Origin: a virus
Taxonomy: Duplodnaviria > Heunggongvirae > Uroviricota > Caudoviricetes
Direction: 5' to 3' (one strand)
Length of the DNA stretch: 64,000 nucleotides
IMG/VR virus record: IMGVR_UViG_2671181136_000006
In this document: piece after piece, positions 1 through 10,071 of the stretch
Numbering within the stretch: position 1 is the stretch's first letter
Layout: the number at the start of each line of letters is the position of its first letter
Position numbers and translations under genes: made by a program
Notes under the pieces: generated by a model
Seen by the model: only the letters and a program-made list of their open reading frames with translations
Told to the model about the DNA's origin: nothing
The model's database searches: none

Positions 1-150
1 ACTAAGTGAGGCCTATAGTGCTTAACTTACTTTTCAAAATCGTGCCGCCTATGTTCGCAATCATCGAAGCGATCATTGAGTACGTCAACCAGCGCCCATA
101 ATGCTAGTTGTTACCGGCCCCATCCAAATGGGGCCATTTTATTGTATTGA

Positions 151-783
151 CTACATACTTTCTGATCTAATTGAGTTGTTCACTGCTCTGGCAATCTTCT
201 CCCGCAATTGCTGCGCTCCGTGGTACTGAACCGCAATATCCCGCAACTCGTTCACCAGTTCTCTAATCTGGTGATCTTTAAGCTCATTATTTGGGTGATG
301 GGTAACAACTCTGGTTAATTCACCCTTGTCTTTTGCTCTTACGTATGCAGCTCTTGTGCATTCGACCCATGTATTACCGCCTACATTAACTTCGTAGATT
401 AGGCTGGACTTATCTGTCAATTCGGAACAAATACGGGCCGTGGTCTGGCAACTAGAGCATTCGCAGTTATCGCGGAAACCGTGATCTACCGGTCGAGAAA
501 GAGGTTTAACTTTTTCATCCAACTTCATCACAGCATCGTGATAAGCGTTCCAGCCGTCATCTTTACCAAGTTGATAAATCTCTGAAGGCTCCATGTAGTC
601 TATATCGCAACCTTCTTCATCCGATCTATCTGGTCGCTTCCCTGGTAATCGCTCATAAAAACGATTTCTGTCTCGACGTTCGGCTCTCAGAGCTAACGCA
701 AGAAGTTGCTCAAGCGAGGTATTTGCACCAGCAATAATTTCATTGAGAATATCTTCTGTGAGATCTTTCGCTACCGTGCTCAT
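151..783 (-). CDS. hypothetical protein
   Basis: 210-aa ORF in co-directional operon; no motif recognised. Confidence 0.35.
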   Translation of the reverse strand: MSTVAKDLTEDILNEIIAGANTSLEQLLALALRAERRDRNRFYERLPGKRPDRSDEEGCDIDYMEPSEIYQLGKDDGWNAYHDAVMKLDEKVKPLSRPVDHGFRDNCECSSCQTTARICSELTDKSSLIYEVNVGGNTWVECTRAAYVRAKDKGELTRVVTHHPNNELKDHQIRELVNELRDIAVQYHGAQQLREKIARAVNNSIRSESM

Positions 784-1163
784 TTATCTCTCTCAGTATG
801 TTGCGATGGCGTAAATTTGACGACATCAAATATTTTGGATGGCATCAACTTTATCCGCGAGCTTAGTTCGGCTCTTCTCTGTAATGCGGTTAATAATGTT
901 TTCGTTCTGACGCCTTCGTGTATCCTCATCCCTGGCACAAGAACTACATCGCAGGGGAGATGCTCAGGTGACAAATCATTTTGGGCATCGCTAATCAGTC
1001 GTGTAATCTCTCTTTCAAGCCGACCGCCTAGCTCTGTTTTAGTGCAATGTTCTGACCAATCACCAGCCTCAAGCAGCGCGAGAATGCTTAAAATATCGTC
1101 CAATAGATCAGTGGTATTATCGACTTCCTTCTGAAGCTCACCGGCTACTGATTTATGCATCAT
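780..1163 (-). CDS. hypothetical protein
   Basis: 127-aa ORF, 4-bp overlap with neighbours (translational coupling). Confidence 0.35.
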   Translation of the reverse strand: MMHKSVAGELQKEVDNTTDLLDDILSILALLEAGDWSEHCTKTELGGRLEREITRLISDAQNDLSPEHLPCDVVLVPGMRIHEGVRTKTLLTALQRRAELSSRIKLMPSKIFDVVKFTPSQHTERDK

Positions 1164-1798
1164 TCGTCATCCTCATCACAGAATGAAAGTAGTGGGTTAG
1201 TCATTCGCCCTACCTGAGTAGCGTAGCCACGCCGACAGAGATTGCGCAGCACACTGTATATTTCGAACATCTCGGTTCGTTCACCGCCAACATCAAGCTC
1301 AGATGCTATAGCGTGACATTCAGTCGCGAGAGCCGATATTTTCTGAAATAACTCTGCTTTATTCACTGTTCGACTCCTGCGGCGTTCTGGTAGTGGCATC
1401 CAGTGTGTGACATTGCTAATCAGACCATATTCATTAGTTTGAGGATGGTTGCCGTTATCGTCTCCGTATTTAAGACTCTCCATAAAGCCATAATGCCTAT
1501 CACCATTAACGCTCACAAAGCCGTAATAAGCAGGTATAACGCCGATCTCACACATAACCAGTAAAGGAAAACTAGTTCTCCAATTTAGCTCGCCAATTAC
1601 AGGCATTCGCTCACTACAGCTTATCCAACCATCCTTAGATGCGGCTGTATTGGCATAGGCCTTACGGTGCTTCTGTAGCTCTGCTGCAATCGCTCTCACG
1701 ACTTCAACTGGTGCCCTTGCAGCAAACTCAATGTTGGTGATCAGCTCATTAAGATATTTCTCGCTTGGGTAGCATTTCTTATTGTTAACGGTGGTCAT
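1160..1798 (-). CDS. hypothetical phage protein (possible DUF551-like C-terminus)
   Basis: 212 aa; C-terminal THWMPLPE-type motif recalled from DUF551 phage proteins. Confidence 0.35.
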   Translation of the reverse strand: MTTVNNKKCYPSEKYLNELITNIEFAARAPVEVVRAIAAELQKHRKAYANTAASKDGWISCSERMPVIGELNWRTSFPLLVMCEIGVIPAYYGFVSVNGDRHYGFMESLKYGDDNGNHPQTNEYGLISNVTHWMPLPERRRSRTVNKAELFQKISALATECHAIASELDVGGERTEMFEIYSVLRNLCRRGYATQVGRMTNPLLSFCDEDDE

Positions 1799-1983
1799 TA
1801 GGCAGCTCTCTCAACAACAAGCAATTCGTCGTAGTCATAATCAGTTTCGGAACCATCCGTACCGAACAGAGTCACTTTGTCATTTTCCATCCAAAAAGAT
1901 TTAACCGCACATTGTTGACCTTTAGATGTTATGAGCACATCACCAGGGATTACGTCTTCAGCGCGAACCTCTAGTGTTCTCAT
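1798..1983 (-). CDS. small hypothetical protein
   Basis: 61-aa ORF abutting neighbours. Confidence 0.25.
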   Translation of the reverse strand: MRTLEVRAEDVIPGDVLITSKGQQCAVKSFWMENDKVTLFGTDGSETDYDYDELLVVERAA

Positions 1984-2402
1984 CGTGCTGCCCCCTCTTT
2001 GGTGAAAATGCCTGCTGCAATGCTGTTTATGATGCTGTCAGTGCATGGAGTAGAAAGCTGGGCATCTCCAGCAATTTTCATGACCTCAACATCCGCATAT
2101 CGAATACCGAGGTGTATCAGACCGGCTATACCTGACTTAAGTCGAACATTTTCCATAAACAGATCCTTTTCCCGCTGTTTAACGGTCTCCAGCTCAACAC
2201 GCAACTTCTCAATTTCGGCAGCCATGTAGTAACCAACCATAGCGAAAGTGGCGAAAGGGTAGTCCGAATCATCAGGAGATACGGCGGCCATTAGCAGACC
2301 ATCGTGCATGTTCTGGCTTCCATCAGTGATGGATACCGCATAAGAATCGCTGGTTTCCCGTTTATACAATACGACGACCGGGTTCTTGATTTTCTCTCTC
2401 AT
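1980..2402 (-). CDS. hypothetical protein
   Basis: 140-aa ORF. Confidence 0.35.
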   Translation of the reverse strand: MREKIKNPVVVLYKRETSDSYAVSITDGSQNMHDGLLMAAVSPDDSDYPFATFAMVGYYMAAEIEKLRVELETVKQREKDLFMENVRLKSGIAGLIHLGIRYADVEVMKIAGDAQLSTPCTDSIINSIAAGIFTKEGAAR

Positions 2403-2956
2403 TACGATGCCTCTAACTTGTCTAACTCTTTCAGCCCTTCACGTACCGCGTTCACAATGCGTTCCAGATACTGGTATTTCGGGTTTGGTACCGTTGGCCA
2501 GTCGGCATACCACGGATCATCACCAAAGAGATTCAGCAGTTTGTTACCGACGCCGAAACAACAGCAGCTTTCTTTTACGTCATCGGCGTTTTCCGCCTCG
2601 TCCCACATTTCACGAGCCAGTACGGCGTCGATTTCTCTCTCTCTTCGTAACTTTATGATTTCTGACTTCACGAAAAGCAGATTTGCATCGTTGTCATCGT
2701 CGACCGTGCTTCGCAGTTGAGAGTCGAAATAGCCGATTAGATACTCGTTGCTGACCCGCTTAATGAACGTCTGCACATCATCACCGCCCATAGCAAACCA
2801 AGCCGCAGTCCACGCTTTTCCGTAGCAGATGATGGTGATTCTTCCCTTACCAGGTTCGTAGTTTTCAATCATTACTCGAACCGGATCGAGGCGTTCCAGA
2901 TCCGTCAGCACAAAGGAAAGAACATCTATTTTTTCGACCTTCATGCAGCCTCCCAC
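2402..2956 (-). CDS. hypothetical protein
   Basis: 184-aa ORF. Confidence 0.35.
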   Translation of the reverse strand: MGGCMKVEKIDVLSFVLTDLERLDPVRVMIENYEPGKGRITIICYGKAWTAAWFAMGGDDVQTFIKRVSNEYLIGYFDSQLRSTVDDDNDANLLFVKSEIIKLRREREIDAVLAREMWDEAENADDVKESCCCFGVGNKLLNLFGDDPWYADWPTVPNPKYQYLERIVNAVREGLKELDKLEAS

Positions 2957-3582
2957 GCGCTCCAGATCAGCGATTTGTGTTTTTCATAACGTTTGATGTG
3001 TACCGGTTTCAGAAGCGCAATACCTTCAGTGACTTTCGCCATTGCGCTTAATAGCAACGGGTGTTCTATACCTATCCTCTCCATGTACTCGACAACATCA
3101 GCGTTGGCACCAATCTCTTTGCCGTGAAAGAGTACGTCCAGCATCAGTTCTTTCTCTGCGAGGTAGACAGCTGAAAACTCGGGATCGCGACTCACGATAG
3201 AAGAGGTATTGTCGAGCAGGTCAGCCAGCTTGATCATGCGCGTCTGCATGTCGAGATTTTGCTCCAGCTCCCGGACATTGATGATGAAACGCTGTATTCG
3301 ATTGCCGTCTTCTGGCCTTGCAATGTTGGTCAGAGCCTGAACCATTTCAGCTACGCGCTCACCGAAGTGATCACGAACCATCTCTATGGTTACATGGGTG
3401 TCTTCGACCACATCATGCAGAAGCGCCGCGATTTGCATCTCCACGGTTCCGTCATGCAATGCAACAATCTCTCGGACAGCAACCGGGTGGTTGATGTAGT
3501 CTTCGCCGGTATATTTTCTTTTCTGACCAACGCCACCATGAGCGCCAGCGGCGAACATATGAGCTTCGGAAATACTAGACAT
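2941..3582 (-). CDS. HD-domain phosphohydrolase, SpoT/Mesh1-like small alarmone ((p)ppGpp) hydrolase
   Basis: HPVAV...AALLHDVVEDT...IKLADLLDN motifs match the RelA/SpoT HD hydrolase domain; no synthetase domain; SD GGAG upstream of ATG at 3582. Confidence 0.7.
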   Translation of the reverse strand: MSSISEAHMFAAGAHGGVGQKRKYTGEDYINHPVAVREIVALHDGTVEMQIAALLHDVVEDTHVTIEMVRDHFGERVAEMVQALTNIARPEDGNRIQRFIINVRELEQNLDMQTRMIKLADLLDNTSSIVSRDPEFSAVYLAEKELMLDVLFHGKEIGANADVVEYMERIGIEHPLLLSAMAKVTEGIALLKPVHIKRYEKHKSLIWSAWEAA

Positions 3583-3701
3583 TCTTAACTCCGTTGTTTT
3601 CTAGTTGTGGTTATTTTCACAAATAAGAAAAGGTGGAAAACAATTTATTTAAGGCCACAACTTATGGCCTTTATTTATTCATGCCGAAGGATTTGTAGCG
3701 T

Positions 3702-4082
3702 CTAATTGCCGGATAAAATGGGGTGAGGTGCTTGCCAGTAGGCTCCACCGTTCCATGTGAACCCCATGCGAATAAGAGTGTTTATTGCGGCTTTGGTAGC
3801 CTCCGATTCGACACTGGCTTTTCGAAACTCTTGAACCTCTTTCGCCAACTTGTATGTAATTGTGCAGGGGACGATTGCAGCCCAGCCTTTCTCATGACTG
3901 TTAATGACCATCTGGATGTGACCATCCAGAATAGGTTGATTAGGCATGTTATTGAAAATGTCTGCCTGTTTTTGAATGTGAAGAAAAAGCCTTGCCAGCT
4001 CCATTTGCTCACTACGAGACAAGGGATTATCAAGAGGGCTTTTTGCAAAAGCGGCTATACGCTGTGCGTCAATGCCAAACAT
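3702..4082 (-). CDS. hypothetical protein
   Basis: 126-aa ORF. Confidence 0.35.
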   Translation of the reverse strand: MFGIDAQRIAAFAKSPLDNPLSRSEQMELARLFLHIQKQADIFNNMPNQPILDGHIQMVINSHEKGWAAIVPCTITYKLAKEVQEFRKASVESEATKAAINTLIRMGFTWNGGAYWQAPHPILSGN

Positions 4083-4786
4083 CAGCGCACCTCACCATCT
4101 TTATGGCTGGAGTTAACTTCCGCCATTAAATGTCTGACGTAATCGACAAGAGAGCCACCTGGTGGAATCTGGCATTCCTCAACTAACTGGAAGTAGATAT
4201 CCGCTGCATTACGTGTATTGCTACCCGCACATATTCTTTCTTCCCGAAGTGCATGAAGCTCGTTGATCAAACGGTCACACTCTCCGTTACGCTGATCCAC
4301 AACGGCCTCAAGCTCTGCGACGCGTTCACCTGGCGTCTTACCTTCTTTGCGTTGGATGGTAACGACGAAATCGCCAATTGCAGGGACGTTGTAATCCAGC
4401 TCAAGGTAGTTTTTGGCACCGCTGCGGACGAACTCACCCGCGAACATGGTGGCGAACATCGCAGAGGCCACTTCGCCGTTGAAAAGTGACTCCAGATCTA
4501 ACGGAGTCCCGGCAGCAAGAGCTTCTTTTGCTGTATCCATTGCATCCATGAACCGATCAAACTCACTAGCGCGCTTTTCCAGGTCTTTCCATTGCTCGCT
4601 CCAACGTTTGGCAACGAAGTCTATGAATGTTTTCGCGGATTCATCAAAATTCCCCTCAAACTTAACGATGCCTTTATCAATAATGATCTGGCCTACCGCA
4701 TCCTCTGCATAACCTTTCAATGTAAACTTGAAAGGAAAATCAGAATGGCCTGTGACGTTAAAATGCTCTAACTGGAGGTTGTTCAT
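4082..4786 (-). CDS. hypothetical protein
   Basis: 234-aa ORF; palindrome motif 4831-4848 upstream. Confidence 0.4.
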   Translation of the reverse strand: MNNLQLEHFNVTGHSDFPFKFTLKGYAEDAVGQIIIDKGIVKFEGNFDESAKTFIDFVAKRWSEQWKDLEKRASEFDRFMDAMDTAKEALAAGTPLDLESLFNGEVASAMFATMFAGEFVRSGAKNYLELDYNVPAIGDFVVTIQRKEGKTPGERVAELEAVVDQRNGECDRLINELHALREERICAGSNTRNAADIYFQLVEECQIPPGGSLVDYVRHLMAEVNSSHKDGEVR

Positions 4787-4847
4787 GTGTTTTTCTCTTA
4801 TCGTTTAGTAACTACATTCTTACACAAATTAGGTAAGTATTTACCTA

Positions 4848-6533
4848 TCATTTAACGCGTTTGAAAACGTATACGCTGACTGTGATCCCTGTGTCTTCAA
4901 ACTCGTTGGTAAACGACTTCCCTCTGGCATAAACGTAATTATCCATCGTCATCCAGTCCAGTATTGGCGCAGTGCCCGGCAATACTGCTACAAGACGCCC
5001 GCCGACTTTCAGATGCCCAAGCGCAGCCAGAGTGTGCTCTCTATGACGACCAAGCGAGTACGGCGGGTTCATAACGATTTTGTCGAACTGATAACCTGCG
5101 TTGTCCTCAGACCACTTTATGAAGTCGCAGCAAATCGTGTTCGTATACCCTTTTCCACGCAGGATATCAGCGAAGAGAGGTGCGATTTCTATGCAGGTAA
5201 CATCTTCCAGATCGGCGTTAATATAGGCCAGAAGATCCCCACGTCCGGCTTGAGGCTCCAGCAGCTTCTCACCAGGCTTCAATTCAGTGGCTCTGGCAAC
5301 GTACTCAGCAATCAAGCGTGGGGTAGGGTAGAACTGGTGTGATTTTGTATCCGGTATTAATCCGGTAGCCACAATCGTATTTAGCGTATGGACGATGTCA
5401 TACGGGAACTGCCAGTGTTTTTTCTCCTGCACGCCGCCAATGAAGCTCAGTGTGCGCTCAAGCTCTTCCACCTGCGACTTCTGGAGAGCTGAATCAGAGA
5501 AGTACCATACGCCTTTGTCTTTGCTCAATCGCCCGTCACGAAGCGCAGTGCGAACCGGCACGGAGATCGTCTTCTGGATTAACCCGAACTGCTTTGGTGC
5601 CCGTGTTTTTGGCGCGGTGCGACATGGCGCGGGGATTGCAGCAGGCATACTGTAAGCCAGCACCTCATTCAACTTCCAGGCCACGTCAGGATGTATTTCA
5701 AAGTGAACGTTGCCGTTCTTGAACATCTTCACGCGCATCAGATTTCCATCGACGTTCATCCAGTCACCGGTCTGGCAGTCGTTTGCCCGATACGCAGCTG
5801 ATAGCACCTCAGCAGTGCGGTTGATGGTAATAAATTCTTTGTGCGCGAAGAAATGAAGCAAGACACGCAGATCGTCGATGTAGTCCTCTTTGCGATAGTT
5901 CACGCTAACGCTGTCCCGCCAGAAATCAGAAATGCAGTCAGCGATTATCAGCCGCTCGCTGAAACCGTTTGTCTTATTTGTCTTGTGCGCAGGACTCAGC
6001 GCCTTAAACAAGCCATACACGCGCTCAGAGAGATATTTGTGCCTGTCATTCAGCAAATTAAGCATCGTGGGTATGACCGTTTCTGCTTTGAACTCCGGTA
6101 CACCAACGAACTCTTTAACCTTCATCTGGTAGCCGGTTCTGTCAGTTTTGATGACTTCCTGTTTGCCCTCTATAAACTGCTCGCGCCACTCATCTCGACG
6201 GGAAGCTGGCATGATCAGCAAAACGTTAGTCATGTCCGTGACCTTCCTCCAGTACTCGGCCCAAATATTCTGTTTCACCCATTCCAGATCGACTTTATCC
6301 AACCAACCTCGATTTAAACGCGAGCGATCTTCATCTGGTCGATGGTTTAGTCTCAGCAGGCGATTAATCATGTTGTGGCGTTCGTCGCCATAAACGAAGT
6401 CGTGTACCTGATACATGAAGGCGATCTCTTTCTCGCACTCGGCCACGATTTCGTGGATGACATTCATTTCCTGACGATAGTCGATAGCCGTGTTTGAGCT
6501 GGCATCGTCGATGATGGAAAGGGCTGTATTCAT
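4848..6533 (-). CDS. DNA N6-adenine methyltransferase with large uncharacterised N-terminal domain
   Basis: C-terminal third carries EPQAGRGDL (AdoMet-binding-like) and NPPY catalytic motif; about 330 aa N-terminal region without recognised motif. Confidence 0.65.
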   Translation of the reverse strand: MNTALSIIDDASSNTAIDYRQEMNVIHEIVAECEKEIAFMYQVHDFVYGDERHNMINRLLRLNHRPDEDRSRLNRGWLDKVDLEWVKQNIWAEYWRKVTDMTNVLLIMPASRRDEWREQFIEGKQEVIKTDRTGYQMKVKEFVGVPEFKAETVIPTMLNLLNDRHKYLSERVYGLFKALSPAHKTNKTNGFSERLIIADCISDFWRDSVSVNYRKEDYIDDLRVLLHFFAHKEFITINRTAEVLSAAYRANDCQTGDWMNVDGNLMRVKMFKNGNVHFEIHPDVAWKLNEVLAYSMPAAIPAPCRTAPKTRAPKQFGLIQKTISVPVRTALRDGRLSKDKGVWYFSDSALQKSQVEELERTLSFIGGVQEKKHWQFPYDIVHTLNTIVATGLIPDTKSHQFYPTPRLIAEYVARATELKPGEKLLEPQAGRGDLLAYINADLEDVTCIEIAPLFADILRGKGYTNTICCDFIKWSEDNAGYQFDKIVMNPPYSLGRHREHTLAALGHLKVGGRLVAVLPGTAPILDWMTMDNYVYARGKSFTNEFEDTGITVSVYVFKRVK

Positions 6534-6674
6534 AATTACACCATTAAATAATTTGTTTTCTGATTGGTGTAATTATCGCAAACTTGAAAAGGCATAAAAG
6601 CTGCATTCATAGGCGTTACAGCAGATTTAAGGCGTAAAAATGGGGGCTGTCGCCCCCTGTCGAATGGTGCTGTA

Positions 6675-7241
6675 TTAGAGTGCGTATTGCGTTTTGTGCG
6701 GCTGCTTATTCAAGTCATGGCGATGCGTAAGCTCCCGCATCATGTCTTCAAGGCGACTCTTTGTGTCGTCGAGCTGGTCGGCCATTGCACCTAAAAGCTG
6801 GCGAACGGCCATCGGATCGTCGCTGTTTAGTGATGGCATTTTAGAACCTGCTTTAGAAGACATAAGGTTGATTGCAGACATCAACATCGTTAGAGAGGAT
6901 TTAAGCCCGGCAATTTCACGATCTTTGCTGGCAATAATCGTCTCACTTTTGTTACCGTCATCAGTTTCTTGAGTCTCGCTCACCATATCCAAAGTCGCTT
7001 GCAACTTATCAGCTCTCTCTTTTTCAGCAAGGTAATGAACACCGAAATGGTGTGCCAAAGCTACAATCTGAGTTGGCTCTTCAAAGGTGGAATTAAAATT
7101 AAGTATTGTAAACAGTCTCTCAAATATGGAAACGTCTTCTATTCCTCGAAGAATGGCTAACATTTTGACCAGTTCATTAGCATCCATTTCTTCGAATAAG
7201 GCGTTTTGTTCATCAGCTATCGCTTTGCATTTCTTGCACAT
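6675..7241 (-). CDS. hypothetical protein
   Basis: 188-aa ORF with conserved upstream motif at 7261-7279. Confidence 0.4.
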   Translation of the reverse strand: MCKKCKAIADEQNALFEEMDANELVKMLAILRGIEDVSIFERLFTILNFNSTFEEPTQIVALAHHFGVHYLAEKERADKLQATLDMVSETQETDDGNKSETIIASKDREIAGLKSSLTMLMSAINLMSSKAGSKMPSLNSDDPMAVRQLLGAMADQLDDTKSRLEDMMRELTHRHDLNKQPHKTQYAL

Positions 7242-7538
7242 GTGTTTTTCCTAATACTTAAACAAGTTGTTTTCTTATTGGCTTTATTGTGATGTGGCAT
7301 AAAAGGGGAGCAAGCTAAACGTAAAGGTGCAAACTCTCTATTTCGGTCAACGAAACACAAGGGCCATTTGGCCCTTGTCATTAACACTTTGCTTTACGAA
7401 CTAACGGATAAGCGAAGTAGATCGCCAAACCAATGAGGACGCCATCAGAAATGACAGACATCATCTTTCCCGTAAAATCCACCAACACCGCCATCACCAG
7501 AAGAGCAATGACGATCACAAGCCGGAATCTCTCAAGCA

Positions 7539-7964
7539 TTAGAGATAAGCATCCAGTGACAACTGAAGCGCCTGGGCGATCTTTTTCAGTGCCTGCTCTT
7601 CTTGTTCACCAATGCCGTCCTGATCGGCAATATCAAGGCACAGACACAGAACATCGACCGCCTCTGGAGTACCCGCAATATCAGACAGCTCACGAATAGC
7701 CTGTGCATTAGCAGAACGAGGGGACGCTTCGTAACGAGCACGGATATTGGCGCTCATTTGGGCAATTTCACCAGCAAACGGAGAAAACGCAGGCAGAGCT
7801 GCAATTGTCTTCTCAAGAATGGCAATTTCTTTTGCGTCACATGTGCCGTCAGCATAGGAGATCATGTACGCGCCCCACACGGTGGCCTCAACCGCATCAC
7901 GGTTCTCCATTTTTTTGACTTCGATAACAGCTTTACGAGTTTTCTTTTTGAAGAAACCTAACAT
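7539..7964 (-). CDS. hypothetical protein, possible TerB-like domain
   Basis: 141 aa; repeated YADG / DxDG...EE helical pattern reminiscent of TerB; weak. Confidence 0.3.
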   Translation of the reverse strand: MLGFFKKKTRKAVIEVKKMENRDAVEATVWGAYMISYADGTCDAKEIAILEKTIAALPAFSPFAGEIAQMSANIRARYEASPRSANAQAIRELSDIAGTPEAVDVLCLCLDIADQDGIGEQEEQALKKIAQALQLSLDAYL

Positions 7965-8255
7965 GTGCTTTCCTTTTATTATTTGTCAAAACAAGTTGTT
8001 TTCTAATTACATAAATAGCTTACGCAGAGATGGTCAATGCATATGCACTAACAGCCGTCAGAAATAACCAAGTACCGAACCAACTGGAAAAACAAAAATC
8101 CCAACTACACGAGCCAAGGTCATGCCAGCCTGAAACTGGAGATCGCCAGAGCAAACAAGTTTTATAATGTTCGATACCCAACCGGCGGCCATAAGGGCAA
8201 GAATTGCCAGCCAAATTTTTCCAAAGTGATTTGAAAACCAGTTCATACAACCGCC

Positions 8256-8750
8256 TTAGTCACAGCATGATCCTGAGTAACTGGATGAACTTGAGGTATC
8301 GCATCCACCGCCATCCCATCCAGAGTGACAGGACGCTCCACTGGAGTGGTGGTAATTGTCGTCGACGAAGGTGTGGTGATGGATGAATCCGGCATCAAAA
8401 GGCTCTGACCGGCTGGAACGGCTACCGTCGCCAGTGAAACTATAATGAGAACGTAGGCCATTGGTTTCAGCCTCTTTCTTTGAAAATTTTCCATTCGAAC
8501 TGTCCTTGTTGTTTTTCTCCTTCACTAAAGGCCGTGCATTTTTCGCTTCGCGTGAAGAACCAGAGGCAACAATCGCCCCCACGTTCGCAACAACTGACGC
8601 TTGATTATCTAAACGTTCATTCAGCAACCGAACGGTAGTCTCTAGTTCATCAAGGCGTGACATAACCCGACCGCTAAATAATTCGGCCAAAATTTGACGT
8701 AAAGAACGAGGACGTTTAGTTACAGAAGTGAAATAGGTTTGACGTGCCAT
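8256..8750 (-). CDS. hypothetical protein (C-terminal half may be out of frame)
   Basis: 164-aa ORF; overlapping alternative-frame ORF 8243-8494 has signal-peptide-like N-terminus. Confidence 0.3.
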   Translation of the reverse strand: MARQTYFTSVTKRPRSLRQILAELFSGRVMSRLDELETTVRLLNERLDNQASVVANVGAIVASGSSREAKNARPLVKEKNNKDSSNGKFSKKEAETNGLRSHYSFTGDGSRSSRSEPFDAGFIHHHTFVDDNYHHSSGASCHSGWDGGGCDTSSSSSYSGSCCD

Positions 8751-8898
8751 GTGGACTCCATCCAGTGTCAGAAAGAGTTGCGGCTGGCGATTGCCAGCCG
8801 CCTTTCTCGTTCCATCCTGGAACTGTGTCTTACCGACACATTGTCATCCTGACGCCGATAAGATACATGATTTAAAATAATAGGTAAACACTTACTTA

Positions 8899-9489
8899 CT
8901 ATTTATTATAAACAAAACCAATATCTTTCTTGTGAGGCATATCTGCTGCTGAAAAAGCTGCGATCTTCGCGAGTCGATCACATATTTCATTTTCACGATG
9001 CCCGGCGTGACCTTTAACCCACTTCCAGCGAACATTATGTCGACTTGCGGCCTCATCCAGACGCTTCCACAGATCAACATTCTTTACTGGTTTTTTGTCA
9101 GAAGTCATCCATCCATTGCGTTTCCACCATTTCATCCACTGTGTCATGCCGTTTTTCAGATACTGGCTATCAGAGTGCAAAATAACGTTGCATGGATATT
9201 TCAAACGCTCCAGCCCGATAAGTGCCCCCATCATCTCCATGCGGTTATTGGTGGTGCTATGAAAACCATCTGAGAACTCGCGTTCCTCACCACGATACTG
9301 GAGAACGATACCGTAACCGCCCGGGCCACCCGGATTTTTAAGGCAAGAGCCATCACTAAAGATTTTCACGGTTTTAAGCTGGGGATTGAACTCTACGACA
9401 GGCGTTGTGGGATTGGTGCGGGGGGAATTTTTGTTTTTGGCTTTTTTGCGAGTTTTTGCTTGCGATCGGGCTGGTGTCTTCGTCGTCAT
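8899..9489 (-). CDS. rnhA: ribonuclease HI
   Basis: FSDGSC..NPGxGGYG...TNNRMEMMG...DSQY...KGHAGH..NE.CD motifs near-collinear with E. coli RNase HI; start set to ATG 9489 preceded by AGGAG; basic N-terminal extension. Confidence 0.9.
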   Translation of the reverse strand: MTTKTPARSQAKTRKKAKNKNSPRTNPTTPVVEFNPQLKTVKIFSDGSCLKNPGGPGGYGIVLQYRGEEREFSDGFHSTTNNRMEMMGALIGLERLKYPCNVILHSDSQYLKNGMTQWMKWWKRNGWMTSDKKPVKNVDLWKRLDEAASRHNVRWKWVKGHAGHRENEICDRLAKIAAFSAADMPHKKDIGFVYNK

Positions 9490-10071
9490 ATAAACTCCTG
9501 AATCAAGCGCCGCGCCGATTTTTCCTCGCGCGTGCGCACACGCGTGCGTGTTAATAATTATTAAAATAAACAAATTACTTCCCAGAACAGGTTTTTATAA
9601 ACCTGAACTGAACGAACGAAGTGAGTGAAGTTCACCTCGAACGAAGTGAGAGGTTGTCTTTTCAGGTAATACTCTCCCAGGGAGGTGAGTATAAAAATCT
9701 CTCACCAACCTGGTCGTTTCATAACCTGAAAAGTTATGGTCTAAGTCTACTGCCAGCTTAGACTTGGGAAGTTATGGATGACAGCACCCCAGAACCGAGA
9801 TCTTCCCACACTTTATGAAGGGGAGTACTGGATTCAACCTCTCGAAACACCCCAGACTCGACAATCATAAAGTGACCCTTGTCTCTGCTCACTTTGGTTC
9901 CCCCTTCCCCGACACCTAAACGGCACCAGTTCTACGCTGGTAGTGAGCTTTTTTAAACCTGACGCCAGTGACGCTTACCCCCACCCATCAGGTCGAGTCT
10001 CCAGTCTACGACTGGAAACTATCAGATCTTAGCACTTACAATTCACTTTATGAATAGTTTGTACTTATCTA

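Noticed and set aside
706-1134. Plus-strand ORFs of 60-170 aa lying inside long minus-strand genes (for example 706-1134, 12929-13567, 37398-37913, 40847-41311)
   Set aside because: They are antisense shadows of well-supported minus-strand genes, lack ribosome-binding sites and have biased low-complexity translations.
9490-9573. N-terminal extension of the rnhA ORF ([17 protein letters not shown]...)
   Set aside because: The extension runs through a GC-rich palindrome and precedes a good AGGAG-ATG start at 9489.
9574-10071. RNase P RNA, tmRNA or retron ncRNA in the long non-coding island
   Set aside because: No similarity to the conserved cores of these RNAs as I recall them, and no reverse transcriptase gene nearby; left as an unexplained structured region.
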